The notes under the pieces: generated by a model
Database searches by the model: none
The model's input: the letters and a program-made list of their open reading frames with translations, nothing else
What the model was told of the DNA's origin: nothing
Shown: positions 46,179-57,200 of the stretch, in pieces
How the letters are laid out: each line of letters opens with the position of its first letter
Position numbering within the stretch: position 1 is the first letter of the stretch
Position numbers and translations under genes: made by a program
Assembly (NCBI GenBank): GCA_016218805.1
Contig: JACRCW010000032.1
Span: 1-64,000 of the forward strand
Length of the DNA stretch: 64,000 bases
Reading direction: 5' to 3'
Source: Deltaproteobacteria bacterium
GTDB lineage: Bacteria; Myxococcota; JACRCW01

Positions 46179-48554
46179 TCATTGCTCGACGGAAACCGCG
46201 ACGGGGTCGGAGACCTTGCCCAGGCGCGGCAGGGCCGCGCTGATGAGGTGGGTCCCGGGTGCCAATGGCCAACGCGCTTCATGCGGCCAGGCCACCTGGG
46301 CAATGGGCTGCCCGTCCACAATCCACACCACGTCCTCCTCCGACGGTGTGACCTCCGCGACGAGTCGCAGTGCGCTCAGTTCCGCGGGCGTGTCCGGGTC
46401 CATGAGCAGGCGCGTGTGTGCGCGCGGCTCGCGCACGGCAACGGACGGCTCCAACAGTGACGAGGGGCACAGCGGGCTCTCCCGCGTGGGCGCGATCTCC
46501 ATGCGGTGCGCGCGCGCCCACGGTTGGTACTCGGCGGGGAGGTCCACCAGCACGCGGCGCGTCACGTACCGGGGCGGGCACGCGGGGCCGGCGCGCAGGC
46601 CGTTGCGCCGGTCAATGGCGACGTCGCGGTGGAACGGACACGGGTCCACGGGTGCGGTGCCCGGTGCAAACACCTCGGCTTTCTGGTGCGGGCAGTGCGG
46701 CCCGGCGAGGCGCCCGGACAGCGCGCAGATCGTCCGTTGCGTGGCCCCCTCCGACGGGGAGAACGCCGCGAGCACGCTGCGGTGCGGTTCGCGCAGTGGC
46801 ATCAGCAGGTCCATGATGCGGTGCGCGGCTTCGGCCGTGCCCGTGTAACCGGTGACGCGGTTCATGCGGCGCATGTCGTGGTTGCCCACCCACACCGCCA
46901 CCACGAGACGGTCGCTGTACGCCACGGTCCACGCATCCCGGCTGCCTTGCGACGTGCCGGTCTTCACCGCCACCGCGTAGGGGTATTCAAACGGTCCTCC
47001 AAGTGGGAACGTGGGTTGCCGCGCCACGGAGTCCGCGAGGATGTGCGTGACCAGGCGCGCGGGTTCCGGGTCCAGCAGGCGCGTAGGTTCTGCAAACGGT
47101 TCATCCGCAAAGCGGCGCAGCGGACGGGCGGCGCCGTCGTTGGCCAACACGGCGTACAGCCCGACGAGCTCCTCCATGGTGACCGGCAGGTTTCCAAGCG
47201 CGAGGCCCAGACCGTACGCCTCCGGTTCGTAGTCGACTCCCGCCACGCCGCCGCGTTGGAGCCAGCGCAGCGTGCGTTCCACGCCCACCTCTGACAGCGT
47301 GCGCAGCGCAGGAATGTTGCGCGAGTTCCCCAGCGCGGTCCGCAGGAGCATGGGGCCCAGGAAGCCGTGGCCCATGTTCTGCGGCAGGTACGCAACGCCG
47401 CGCTCCGTCTGGAAATCCATGGGCGTGTCCGGCAGCGGCGTGGCGGCGGTCCAGCCCAGTTGTTGTATCGCCAGCGCATAGATGAACGGTTTGAGCGCGC
47501 TGCCGGGTGAGCGCTTCACGCGCGTGAAGTCCCAAGCGCCCTTCGCGTCGTCGTCAAAGTAGTCCTGTGAACCCACGTGCGCGATCACATCTCCGCTGGC
47601 GGGGTCAATCACCAGTGCCGCGGTGTCATTCACTCCCAGGCCGCGCAGCTGGCGCAGGTTGTCCCGCAGGACGGCCACGACCTTCTGCTGCGCCTCGAGA
47701 TCCAGCGTCGTGCGGAGGATGGGGGAGCTGCGCTCAGCCGCGTCCGCAGACAGCGCAAGGACCGCGTGGAGCGCTTCCACGGGGCGGCGCGGCGGCGGAA
47801 CCAGGCCTAGGTCCGCGCGCAGCCCGACGGCGAGCTCGTCAGTAGAGAGGTAGCCGCGCTCATGGAGCAGACGAAGGATCCGCTGAGCGCGCGCGGTGGC
47901 ACGGCGCAGTCCCTGCGGCTGATACGGGCTGTACCGGCCCGGGCTTTGCGGCAAACCGGCAAGGAACGCCGCCTGGATCCAGGACAGGTCCTCAAGCGGC
48001 TTGTCGAAGTACAGGCGGGCCGCGCGCGCGGCGCCATGCACGCGGTTCCCGTACGGCGCGATCACCAGGTATTGCCGCAGGACGCGTTGGTGGCCCTGCG
48101 TGTCGACGAGCAGCAGCGCTTCCAACGCTTCGCGCGCCTTGCGCCAGAAGGACCGGCCGCCCGGCGCCTGCATGCGCGCCACCTGCATGGCAATGGTGGA
48201 TGCGCCCGAGACGATGCGCAGCGAGCTGAGGTTCTGCCACGCGGCGCGCAGCACAGACGGAAGGTGCACGCCCGCGTGCTCGTGGAAGAAGCGGTCCTCC
48301 GTTTGCAGCGTGGCCACCGCGATGCGGTGCGGCAGGTCGTCGCTGACGGGCCAGTAACCCAGCGCGTCGTCGTAACCGGGCACCTCACCCAGGTAGGTCC
48401 CGTGACGGTCAACGAGCAGCCGCGAGGGCGTGTACGCGTGCAGCTCACCGGACAGGCCGGCGAGCAGCGACGCGACGAGCGCCACCGCGGCGAGCCTGAG
48501 GCCCGCGAGCAACGCGCGACGGCGCTGCCTCAGGAAGTCACGGACCCTGCTCAT
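46179..48554 (-). CDS. pbpC: Penicillin-binding protein 1C (transglycosylase/transpeptidase)
   Basis: EDRFF.H.GV, SGASTIAMQVAR, SPGSALKPF (SxxK), SRN, KTGTS; lies directly downstream of the alpha-2-macroglobulin gene. Confidence 0.92.
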   Translation of the reverse strand: MSRVRDFLRQRRRALLAGLRLAAVALVASLLAGLSGELHAYTPSRLLVDRHGTYLGEVPGYDDALGYWPVSDDLPHRIAVATLQTEDRFFHEHAGVHLPSVLRAAWQNLSSLRIVSGASTIAMQVARMQAPGGRSFWRKAREALEALLLVDTQGHQRVLRQYLVIAPYGNRVHGAARAARLYFDKPLEDLSWIQAAFLAGLPQSPGRYSPYQPQGLRRATARAQRILRLLHERGYLSTDELAVGLRADLGLVPPPRRPVEALHAVLALSADAAERSSPILRTTLDLEAQQKVVAVLRDNLRQLRGLGVNDTAALVIDPASGDVIAHVGSQDYFDDDAKGAWDFTRVKRSPGSALKPFIYALAIQQLGWTAATPLPDTPMDFQTERGVAYLPQNMGHGFLGPMLLRTALGNSRNIPALRTLSEVGVERTLRWLQRGGVAGVDYEPEAYGLGLALGNLPVTMEELVGLYAVLANDGAARPLRRFADEPFAEPTRLLDPEPARLVTHILADSVARQPTFPLGGPFEYPYAVAVKTGTSQGSRDAWTVAYSDRLVVAVWVGNHDMRRMNRVTGYTGTAEAAHRIMDLLMPLREPHRSVLAAFSPSEGATQRTICALSGRLAGPHCPHQKAEVFAPGTAPVDPCPFHRDVAIDRRNGLRAGPACPPRYVTRRVLVDLPAEYQPWARAHRMEIAPTRESPLCPSSLLEPSVAVREPRAHTRLLMDPDTPAELSALRLVAEVTPSEEDVVWIVDGQPIAQVAWPHEARWPLAPGTHLISAALPRLGKVSDPVAVSVEQ

Positions 48555-51500
48555 GCGTGCCCTGCACCACCACGCGCATTCCCGCACCGCGGCCGCGCAC
48601 GTCCTGCTTGTACATCTGCTCCGCCCACGGGGCGGGGTGGACAAACGTGCCTTCCGTCGTCGCGCGGACGCGGAAGTGGAAGCGGTGCGTCCCGCGTCCC
48701 AGCTGCGTGAAGTAGTACCGGTTCTCCTGGTCCAGCCGCTGCACGTAGCTCGGTGTCGTCGTGTCAGACTGCGACGGACGCGCGTCCGAGCTCGCGTTGG
48801 CCAGCGCCGCGTTCATGGGTTCAAACCCCGCGGCAAACGGGACGATCAGTGCGACGTGGTAGCGCGGCTCGTCCGCCACGATGGTCGCGGAGACCTCCAC
48901 AATGTCGCCGACGCGCAGCCGCAGTTCCTGTCCCGGCGTGTCCTCCTTGGTGGCGTCGGACGTGCCGTCCTCGTGGTGCACCGTGAACGCGCGGCTCACG
49001 ATGAAACCCTGCTTGAGCGGTGCGGCCTGATCGCCGCGCGCAGCGGGCAGCCACGCGTACGCCGCGCGCACGCCCACTTCGCCGCCCTTCACGGATCCCG
49101 CAAGCGTCTGGTCCGACGTGAACCGCCGCTGCCCGAGCTTGCGTTTCTCGTCCAGCTCCACCGCCTGTTGTCCGTCCAGCGCCACACTGATGCGCGGAAC
49201 CTGGCTGCGCGCGCGGTCCAGGTACGCGCCCAACGCTGCCAGGCTGCGCCGGTTGTCGTACGTGGATCCCCATCCCAGCGTCGGGCTCGCGTAGGCCACC
49301 ATCGCATCCCGCAGCGTCTCGTGCCGGTTGTCCTGAGGGCTCAAGAGCAGCAGCGCTTCAAACACGCTGGCCACGGCAGACGTCCGGGAGGCCAGCCAGT
49401 ACCCGTCCCAGCCGCTCCGGCGCCACTTGAGTTCCTGCAGGATGGGCTTTCCGCGCTGGAGCTTGATGATGAGCGTGTCCCACAACTCGTTGCGCGCCGC
49501 GTCCGCCTGGGCACGGAACGAGTCCCGCTCCGTCAACACCGCCGCAAGGTCTGCGAGCGCCGTGACATCCATCTCCGACCGGCGGTTGAACAACTCAATG
49601 ACGTAATGCTCATCCAGCGCGCCCACGCGAGCGAGTGCGCGCATGGCCGTGGCCTGCTGGTTCAACTTCCAGCTCGACACAAAGCCCACGAAGTCGCTGC
49701 GGAGCACGCGCTTGAGCCCCTCAATGGCGCGCGCCTGGGATTTCTCGTCGACAAGGACGCCGGCGCGGCGCGACGCGTGGATGAACTCCACCACCTGTGC
49801 GGTCACCTGCACGTCACCGGGACCACCGGGCCAGTAGCTGTACAGGCCTCCGTCCGACTGGTGCGCGGGGAAATCCTCCAGGAAGCGCCGCACGTTGGCG
49901 GCGGAACGCGGCCCTGTGTCAACGTCAAATCCCAGGCGCCGCAGCAGGTCCGCCTGCACCACCTGCGGGTAGAGCCGGCTCATGCGCTGCTCCAGGCAGC
50001 CGTGCGGGTACTCCAGCAGCGAATCCAGACCGGCCGCCATCTCCAGGACGCCGGGGACGGAGGTGAACGTCACCGATTGCACGGCGGTGCCCGGACGCGG
50101 CGCCTCCGGGAACGGTTTCAGCTTCAACGGACCTTCCGCAATGCGCTCCACGTATCCGAAGCGTTCCACCATGCGGTCAGGCAACACCGGGATCTTCACT
50201 TCGAATGCGTCGCCGACGCCGTCGCTCTTGCGCGTGACGCCGACACGCACGGTGAGCTCCGCGGGATCCGTGGCGGACGTGGACTGCGCAGTCAGCGGCC
50301 ACACCACGCTCTCCGCTTTGCTCATGCGCAGGTCAATGGACTGCTTGGGGGACTTGCCATCCACCGGACCCTTCACGCTCATGTCGACGGACGCGGGGCC
50401 CTCGGCGCCTTCCAGCAGGCGCGCCACACCGCCGGCCCAGAACCGATCACCCTGGCGGACAAAACGCGGCAGCTGCGGTTGCACAATGACCGGGAGGCGC
50501 ACGTGCAACGTGGACGTGTGGAAACCAAAACGCTGCAGCCCAGACGCGGCGACCGCGCGCACCTTGAAGTTGGTGAGGTCATCACTGAGCTGCACCGGCA
50601 CCACGAGCCGGCCGTTGGACGGCACGGACAGTGTGGCCTGGTAGTACGGCACCGTCTGGAAGTTCTTGCGGACCATGCGGCCGCGGCTCGCGTTCTCATC
50701 GTCCTCGCCGCCGTCACCGCCGGGTTCCTCCTCCTGCTCCACCAGGCGCCCCACCGTGAGGTTGCGCGTATCACGCACGGAACTGGTGCGGGCGTTGCGC
50801 TCAATGAAGCGTGACAACGGGTCCAGTGGTCCTTCCTTGGCGAGCGAGAGGACCGCTTCGTCGACGAGCCACAGCGTGACTTCACCGCCGAGCGCCTTCT
50901 TCTGGTCATCCGCGAGCGTGATGGTCAGGTCCACTTTCTGCCCGGGGCGCGCGCTGTCCGGGTGGTCCACCTTGACAATGACCTGGTTGCGCACCGGTTC
51001 CACTTCCAGGTCCAGGCTCGCCGCCAGCGTCTCCGGCCGGAAGCGGCTGTCGTCGTTCTTCCCATCGCCAATGCGGCCGCGCAGCAGCACCACGTGCACG
51101 GGCAGGTTGGGCACGTGCTTCTCGCGGACTGCAACGTCCAGCACCGCCTTGCCACCCTGCACATCGCGCCACTGGTAGGTGTTCCCATTCGGCTCCTCAA
51201 TGATGGCGAGTGCGCGGCCGGCCTGGAACGGGCTCTGGACAATGACCTTCGCCGTTTCGCCCGGGCGGTAGCTCTTCTTGTCCGTGGACAACTCAAACAC
51301 GCCTTCGCGGGACTTCTGCCAGCCCACCGGTTGCGGCCCGCCAACAAACAGGTCCGCCTGCAGCACCTGCACCCGGCCCAGGCGGTCACGCGCGTGGAGT
51401 TCCACGACGTACACGCCGGCCTCAGTTACCGGGAACACCGGCACCACGGGCTGCGCGTCGGTGGTGACGGTCTTCTCCGTGATCTTCTGGTCTTCCTGCT

Positions 51501-54279
51501 CGGTGACGTACTTGGCCTCGCCGGTGGCAAAGTTGGTCTCACGCAACTGGCTGCGCCAGATGCGGCGGTACAGGCGGACGCTGACTTCCTGCCCCTTGGC
51601 CAGCTTGTCGTCGAACCCGACGGCGATGATCTCCGGTTTGATCTCCGCGGCCTTCTCCATGAACCGCGGCACCTTCATGCCCAGCACAAACGGCGGAAGG
51701 GCGCGCGTTTCCTGCATCGCGGTCACCTGCTGTTCGTCCGCGCCGCTCACGGTCGCTTCAAAACGGTAGATGCGCGGTGACCCGTCAATGTCGAGCGCGG
51801 GATTGACCGAGATTTCGTCGGAGCCGTTGTCATCCAGTGTGGCGCTGCGCGTGATGGTCTCCGGGCCGCGTGCTTGGCCCGGCCGCGCGAACTGCGAGCT
51901 GGACGCAAACAGGAAGCCGGGACGGCCTGCGGGCGTGTGAAAATACGGTCGGCGCGTGACGGTCCATTTCACGGGTTGGCCGGACACGTTTCCGCCCGCG
52001 TAGTAGCGCGCAACCAGGCGCGCCTTGAACGCCGCGTCCAGCCGCGCCGCCGACGGAGACGCCACCTGCACTTCAAACGTGGGAATGCGGTACGCCTCAA
52101 TCTGGAAGCTGCGCCGCCCGAGCTCCTGGTACGGCGTCTTCTGGAACACGGTGACGGAGTACTCCCCCGTGGCCACGTCCTTCTCCTTGAACTCCGCCTG
52201 GAAACCACCCAGCGGGGTGAAGTCCACAGCGCGGTTCCACGCCTGTCCGTCGGGGGATTCAATCTTCAGGCCGTACTGCATACCCGCGCCGGGCGAGCGG
52301 TATTCACCGCCGACCTTTTGGCGGACGTACCCTTTGATAAAGACGGCCTCGCCGGGCCGGTAGATGGGCCGCTCCGTGAAGACAAACGCCATCAGCTTGT
52401 CGTTCTGCGGCGGCGGGATGGTGCTGGTGAGCCAGTTGAGCCAGCCCGACGACGGGGACCAGTGGTTGGAGGCGAAACGCGGCGGTGCCTGCGAGGGGTT
52501 GAGCACCAGCACGTCCTCGCCGGACTGCAACGAGATGCGCGTGATGCGGGCCCAGCTCTGCAGCGGGCCCTGGACCGCGCGGCCCTCCTCGTCGGTCACC
52601 AGCGTGGTGGAGACGGGACCGGTGCCGTGGTTGGGTGTTCCTTCTATGGTGATGCGCGCACCGCGCACGGGCTCCGCCCGGTCCAGCGTGCGGACGAACA
52701 TCACCGCGCGGTCCCGCTCCTCAACGACGGACAGCGACAGGTTGGTGACCTGCACCCGGACGTAGGAGCGCTCTGGCCGCCCGACGAGACGGCGCAGGCC
52801 GACGAGGTAGGTGCCCGGGCGCGCCTTGCCGACGACGGGATCCAGCAACACACCCATGTCCAGACCGAACCGCGTGGTGCCGCCCTTGCTGGCGAGCGGG
52901 AGGTCCACGACGCGGGACACCAGCGGTGAGCCCAGCAGGCGGATGTGGCGGCGCAGCTCGTCGGTGGACAGGCCGCCGGGGATCTCGGACGGCGTGGGTT
53001 CCTCGCCGGGGAACGGCGGCTCGCGTTCCTCGTCTACCACGACGTTGGATTCAGGGAACGGCCACAGCGCGTTGGAAAGCGGGTCCACGCGGTAGATGCG
53101 GACATCCGCGCGCGGGTCGCCGTAGCCCGTCAGCGGCAGCATGCGCGGGCCGTTGGCCTCCACAATGGCCGTAGTCCGGTCCCAGCGCAGGAACGGGTTC
53201 TTCCAGCCCAGGTAGAAGAACGTGTCCAGCTCGCCCGGATCGCTCAGTTGGCGCCCGCTGTCGTCGAGAATGGGCGATGCGCTCACGTGCATCCGGTACA
53301 GCGTGTCTGGCACGAACCGGCCGCGCAGTTGCACGCGGCTGCCGTACGTCTCAAAGCGCAGGTCAGGAACCGCGGGCTCCAGGCGCACCAGGCGCTTGAG
53401 CGTGGTGAGCGTAAGACCGGCAACCGGGGCGGAGAAGACCAGTTGCGGTTGTTCGCCCGCGTTGCCGCACGCCAGCGCCAGATCACGCGGAACGCTGGCG
53501 CGCCCAACGAGCGGGAAGCTGGCGTTGCCGCACGTGATGGATTCCAGGTGGAACGGACGGCGCGTGGTGAGGCGGCCGGTCCACAGGACCTTGTCCTCGT
53601 CACCCAGCGCCAGGCTGATGGAGACCGTGAGGCGGCGTCCTTCAGGAATGTCCTGGTCCAGTGTGATGGCGTACACGGCGGGGTCGCGCTCCCGCGCGCG
53701 CGGCAACTGCGTGAGCGAAAACTCACCGATGACCCGGCGCGAGGAATCTGACAGGCCGGGGAGTTCGGCGACGTCCAGGCGGATCATCTGGCGCAGGGCC
53801 TGGAGCGGCAGCGCCTGCGGGAAGGTCAGCGTGAGGGTGCGGAACGGGCGCAGGTCATTACTGCCGGACGACGGCGACATGGCCGACGGTGCGCTCATCA
53901 TGGTGGCCAGCACGCGGCGCGCGCCCTGGGCCTCGACGGCAAAGCGCTTGAGCGGCGGCCACGCCTCAGCCGGGCGGAACTGGAGGGTCTTGCGGTCCGC
54001 CCACGCGTACTGCCCGGGCCACGTGGGTGAGATCTTCATGTGCTTCTCGCCGTCGTCAGCCGGGCCCGCACCGGGGCCGACGTTGTCGGAGAAGTACACG
54101 GTGATGGGATCGAACCCGCGCAGGAACTGCTCAGGCAGGACCTGTGTGCCGCCGGCGGGGCGTTGGCCCTGGTCCGCGGGACGGTAATCCTGCGCGTGCG
54201 CGGTCAGCGCAAAGATGAACGGCGCGGCCACGAGCATGGCACGGCGACGCGAAGCGGTGGTTCCGGGAAGGCGGCTCAC
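48538..54279 (-). CDS. Bacterial alpha-2-macroglobulin family protein
   Basis: VQVTNL, FTERPIYRPGE, Y.IPTFEV, YRPGE.A, VDEAVL.L, DDLT.F, thioester YPHGCLEQ near 49990. Confidence 0.92.
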   Translation of the reverse strand: MSRLPGTTASRRRAMLVAAPFIFALTAHAQDYRPADQGQRPAGGTQVLPEQFLRGFDPITVYFSDNVGPGAGPADDGEKHMKISPTWPGQYAWADRKTLQFRPAEAWPPLKRFAVEAQGARRVLATMMSAPSAMSPSSGSNDLRPFRTLTLTFPQALPLQALRQMIRLDVAELPGLSDSSRRVIGEFSLTQLPRARERDPAVYAITLDQDIPEGRRLTVSISLALGDEDKVLWTGRLTTRRPFHLESITCGNASFPLVGRASVPRDLALACGNAGEQPQLVFSAPVAGLTLTTLKRLVRLEPAVPDLRFETYGSRVQLRGRFVPDTLYRMHVSASPILDDSGRQLSDPGELDTFFYLGWKNPFLRWDRTTAIVEANGPRMLPLTGYGDPRADVRIYRVDPLSNALWPFPESNVVVDEEREPPFPGEEPTPSEIPGGLSTDELRRHIRLLGSPLVSRVVDLPLASKGGTTRFGLDMGVLLDPVVGKARPGTYLVGLRRLVGRPERSYVRVQVTNLSLSVVEERDRAVMFVRTLDRAEPVRGARITIEGTPNHGTGPVSTTLVTDEEGRAVQGPLQSWARITRISLQSGEDVLVLNPSQAPPRFASNHWSPSSGWLNWLTSTIPPPQNDKLMAFVFTERPIYRPGEAVFIKGYVRQKVGGEYRSPGAGMQYGLKIESPDGQAWNRAVDFTPLGGFQAEFKEKDVATGEYSVTVFQKTPYQELGRRSFQIEAYRIPTFEVQVASPSAARLDAAFKARLVARYYAGGNVSGQPVKWTVTRRPYFHTPAGRPGFLFASSSQFARPGQARGPETITRSATLDDNGSDEISVNPALDIDGSPRIYRFEATVSGADEQQVTAMQETRALPPFVLGMKVPRFMEKAAEIKPEIIAVGFDDKLAKGQEVSVRLYRRIWRSQLRETNFATGEAKYVTEQEDQKITEKTVTTDAQPVVPVFPVTEAGVYVVELHARDRLGRVQVLQADLFVGGPQPVGWQKSREGVFELSTDKKSYRPGETAKVIVQSPFQAGRALAIIEEPNGNTYQWRDVQGGKAVLDVAVREKHVPNLPVHVVLLRGRIGDGKNDDSRFRPETLAASLDLEVEPVRNQVIVKVDHPDSARPGQKVDLTITLADDQKKALGGEVTLWLVDEAVLSLAKEGPLDPLSRFIERNARTSSVRDTRNLTVGRLVEQEEEPGGDGGEDDENASRGRMVRKNFQTVPYYQATLSVPSNGRLVVPVQLSDDLTNFKVRAVAASGLQRFGFHTSTLHVRLPVIVQPQLPRFVRQGDRFWAGGVARLLEGAEGPASVDMSVKGPVDGKSPKQSIDLRMSKAESVVWPLTAQSTSATDPAELTVRVGVTRKSDGVGDAFEVKIPVLPDRMVERFGYVERIAEGPLKLKPFPEAPRPGTAVQSVTFTSVPGVLEMAAGLDSLLEYPHGCLEQRMSRLYPQVVQADLLRRLGFDVDTGPRSAANVRRFLEDFPAHQSDGGLYSYWPGGPGDVQVTAQVVEFIHASRRAGVLVDEKSQARAIEGLKRVLRSDFVGFVSSWKLNQQATAMRALARVGALDEHYVIELFNRRSEMDVTALADLAAVLTERDSFRAQADAARNELWDTLIIKLQRGKPILQELKWRRSGWDGYWLASRTSAVASVFEALLLLSPQDNRHETLRDAMVAYASPTLGWGSTYDNRRSLAALGAYLDRARSQVPRISVALDGQQAVELDEKRKLGQRRFTSDQTLAGSVKGGEVGVRAAYAWLPAARGDQAAPLKQGFIVSRAFTVHHEDGTSDATKEDTPGQELRLRVGDIVEVSATIVADEPRYHVALIVPFAAGFEPMNAALANASSDARPSQSDTTTPSYVQRLDQENRYYFTQLGRGTHRFHFRVRATTEGTFVHPAPWAEQMYKQDVRGRGAGMRVVVQGTHEQGP

Positions 54280-57200
54280 GGCTGGCCTCCAATGCGCTGG
54301 AAGAAATCACGCACATAGTCGTCAGGAACGGCCATCTTTGCCCCGGCCAGGCCCAGCAGAACGGGCCGGAAGCGCGTGGCCTTTGCCGACGACGGCGCCT
54401 GGATGCTGAGCACGTAGGTGCCTGCTTCCAGCGCCAGGTATTGCTGGCAGCCTTCGCCGAGCGGACGGTGCGCGGCGTCAAGGACGCGGCATTCCAGCGT
54501 CTCACCCGGCACCTGCAGCCCCAGGCCGATGCGGCCGGCGGAGGCGGTGCGGAAACGGTAGAGGCGGGTTTCGCCGGGGCCGATGAAGCGCTCCGCGCCC
54601 ACGCCGTCAGCCAGCGTCTCCACGGGCTCGGCCGTCCAGGACGCAAGGCCCGCGGTCGGTTCGCCGGCAAACGGCCGGACGACCCAGCGGTAGCTGCCCG
54701 GTCCGAGCAGGCGGTCCACCGCGCAGCCGTCAAGTCCCTCGACGGAGATGGGTTCATTGCCGGACCACAGCGCGCACACGCCGCTGTCGGACCGGAGGTG
54801 CACCACGGCCTCCTTGTCGACGGTGAGGAGGCGCTCCAGGGTGGCGCCAGCCAGGGCCAGCGCGTGCGCGGGCGGCATGGCGGCAGGTGAACGGCCCGCG
54901 GCGGGCGCGGTGCCGAGCCGGGCGCGCTGCAGCGCGCCGGGGGCGTGCACCAAGGCGCGCCAGGGTCCGCGGCCGTGTTCAATCTCCAACACCGCGCCAA
55001 CATTCTCGGGCAGCGGCGCGGAACATGAGGGCACGCGGACGCCGTCATCACGGCGCAGCATGCAGCGCGCGTCCCCTTCCACCGTCACCTGGCGTGCGGC
55101 TGAGACGGGGCTGATGTTCGCCCGTGCAATTCCCGCCCGGCGTGACCGTTCTTCCAGCAGCGAATCCAGCGTCACCACCCGCGCCGCGGCGGGCAAGCGC
55201 ACCAGCGAGTACTCCGCGCGCGAGCCCGCCTCACCGACGAACACGACGTCACCGCCAGTTCCCTCCAGGCGGCAGTCCATCATGCCCGTGGCCGGCGCGC
55301 ACACGTCCAACGCGCGGCCGGTGGAGTCCAGCGCAATGGCCCACGTGTTGGACGGGACCACGGCCCCCAGGCGCCACGCTTCCTTGGGCATGCTGTACCG
55401 CGCGGCGTCCCCCTTCCACGTCACAAATCCCTGGCCAGCATCCAGCGGCCGCGTGTCCGACGGGAACGGCACGGATGACCACGTCCAGTCCGCCTGCACG
55501 GGACGCGCGCTCCACAAGCGGACCACCGCGTCCGTGGCCACGCCGCTCACCGCGGCGCAGGACTGGTCGCGCAGCTCGCGGGCACCGCCGCCAACGGCGC
55601 AGGCCGGTTCCGCGGGTTCGCCCGGTGGGGTGCGTGCCTGCACCAGGAACAACGACGCCGCGGGAGCCGTCACGCGCTGGATCCACCGGAGCTCCGCCAG
55701 GGTCAACCGGCGCGTGGTCGCTGTCGTCGAGGACAGTGCCTCCTCAGCCAGGTCCAGGCGCCCTTCGGCCTTGCCCGGCACCGCCCACGTGACCTTGCCC
55801 ACGTCAAGGGACGCCGCGGGACCGCAGTTGCGCATGAGCCCGCGCGCGTTGTCTTCCAGGCAGTACGCCCGGGCCGCGGTGCGGAAGCGTCCGGCGCGGG
55901 TGACCTCTGCGCGCACCGCAGAGCCCGCAGGCACGGTCCCGCCCGCCCACGCCACCACGTTCTTGGTAGACACCAGCGCTTTCACGGTGGTGCCGCTGCC
56001 CAGCGTCCACAGGCGGAGGCGAACCGGTGCGACGATACGCAGCGGGACCACGCACTCCTTGACGTCAGCGGAGCGCAGCAGCACGCGGCCGCCGGCGTCC
56101 TCTACGGCGCACGAGAACGCGGCGGGGGCGGAGAACACGTATTCCTGCACCACGTCCCCCGCGGGCGGTTGCACCAGGTGGGTCACCACCTGGCCGGCCA
56201 GCTTCAACGCCGTCCCATCCGCCAGCGTGGCGAGCTCCTCCACGCGCGGCGAGCCCACGTGGATGGTGGTGGTGCCGGGCTGCAGCGTCTGGCTCTCCAG
56301 CACCAGGCGGTAGACACCGGCCACCATCGGTTCAGCCAGCGCGCAGTTCCAATCCGCGCCCTGGTCCGCGGATTCCGCAACCAGTCGGCCCGTCGCATCG
56401 AACAGGCGGCAGCGCACGTCGGTGGAGCCCTCGGAGCGGAACTGCAGCACGCCCGCGGTCTGCATACGCAGCGCGTACTCGCCGGGAACGGTGAGTTCAC
56501 GCTTCACGCCGGGCATGAGTTGCTGGCTGGCCACGGTCACGCGGTAGGCAATGTTGACGTCGCCACGGGCGTGCTCCGCCACCAGTTTGTAGCGTCCCGC
56601 CGGCAGGTCCACCCGCTGGCCGCGCGGCTTGGCGGGCATGGGGGGCGGCGGTGCGCGGGGCGCGTAGCGCGGCGCGGGGGCGGGCGCCTCTTCGCTGCCT
56701 TCGCCTTCGCCGCTGTCGCCTTCAGAGTAGGTCTCGCCGCCCTCACTCTCACCGGAGTACTCGGCCATTCCCTCGTCGGGCGGGGCCTCTTCAGCGGGCG
56801 GCTCGTCGGTCGGCTCCGGTGGCATCTCCTGGGGCGCAATCACCTCCACCGGGCGCGGGTTCTTCGCGTCCGCCACGTCGTAGAGCCGGCCCTGCATCCC
56901 CGCGGTCAACTCAATGTCCACGGGCGCATCCGCCGCCATGTCAAAGTTGAATTCGTCCTTGCCGTCTTTCCCCAGCTGCGCGTTGTACGGCGTGTTGAGC
57001 GCCAGCGTGTGCGCCTTGTTGCCGGCCAGCACCACGGATTCCTTCACGCGCTGGAGCTGCGTGCGCCGCATGCTCTCCACCGTCAGCGGCATCTGCGTCC
57101 ACAGGTAGGAACCCTTCTCCAGCCAGCCCGTGCGCTCGCACGCCATGGGCACCGGCATCACCGGCCAACCGTCCGTGTCATCCAGCCGGCACTGGAACGA

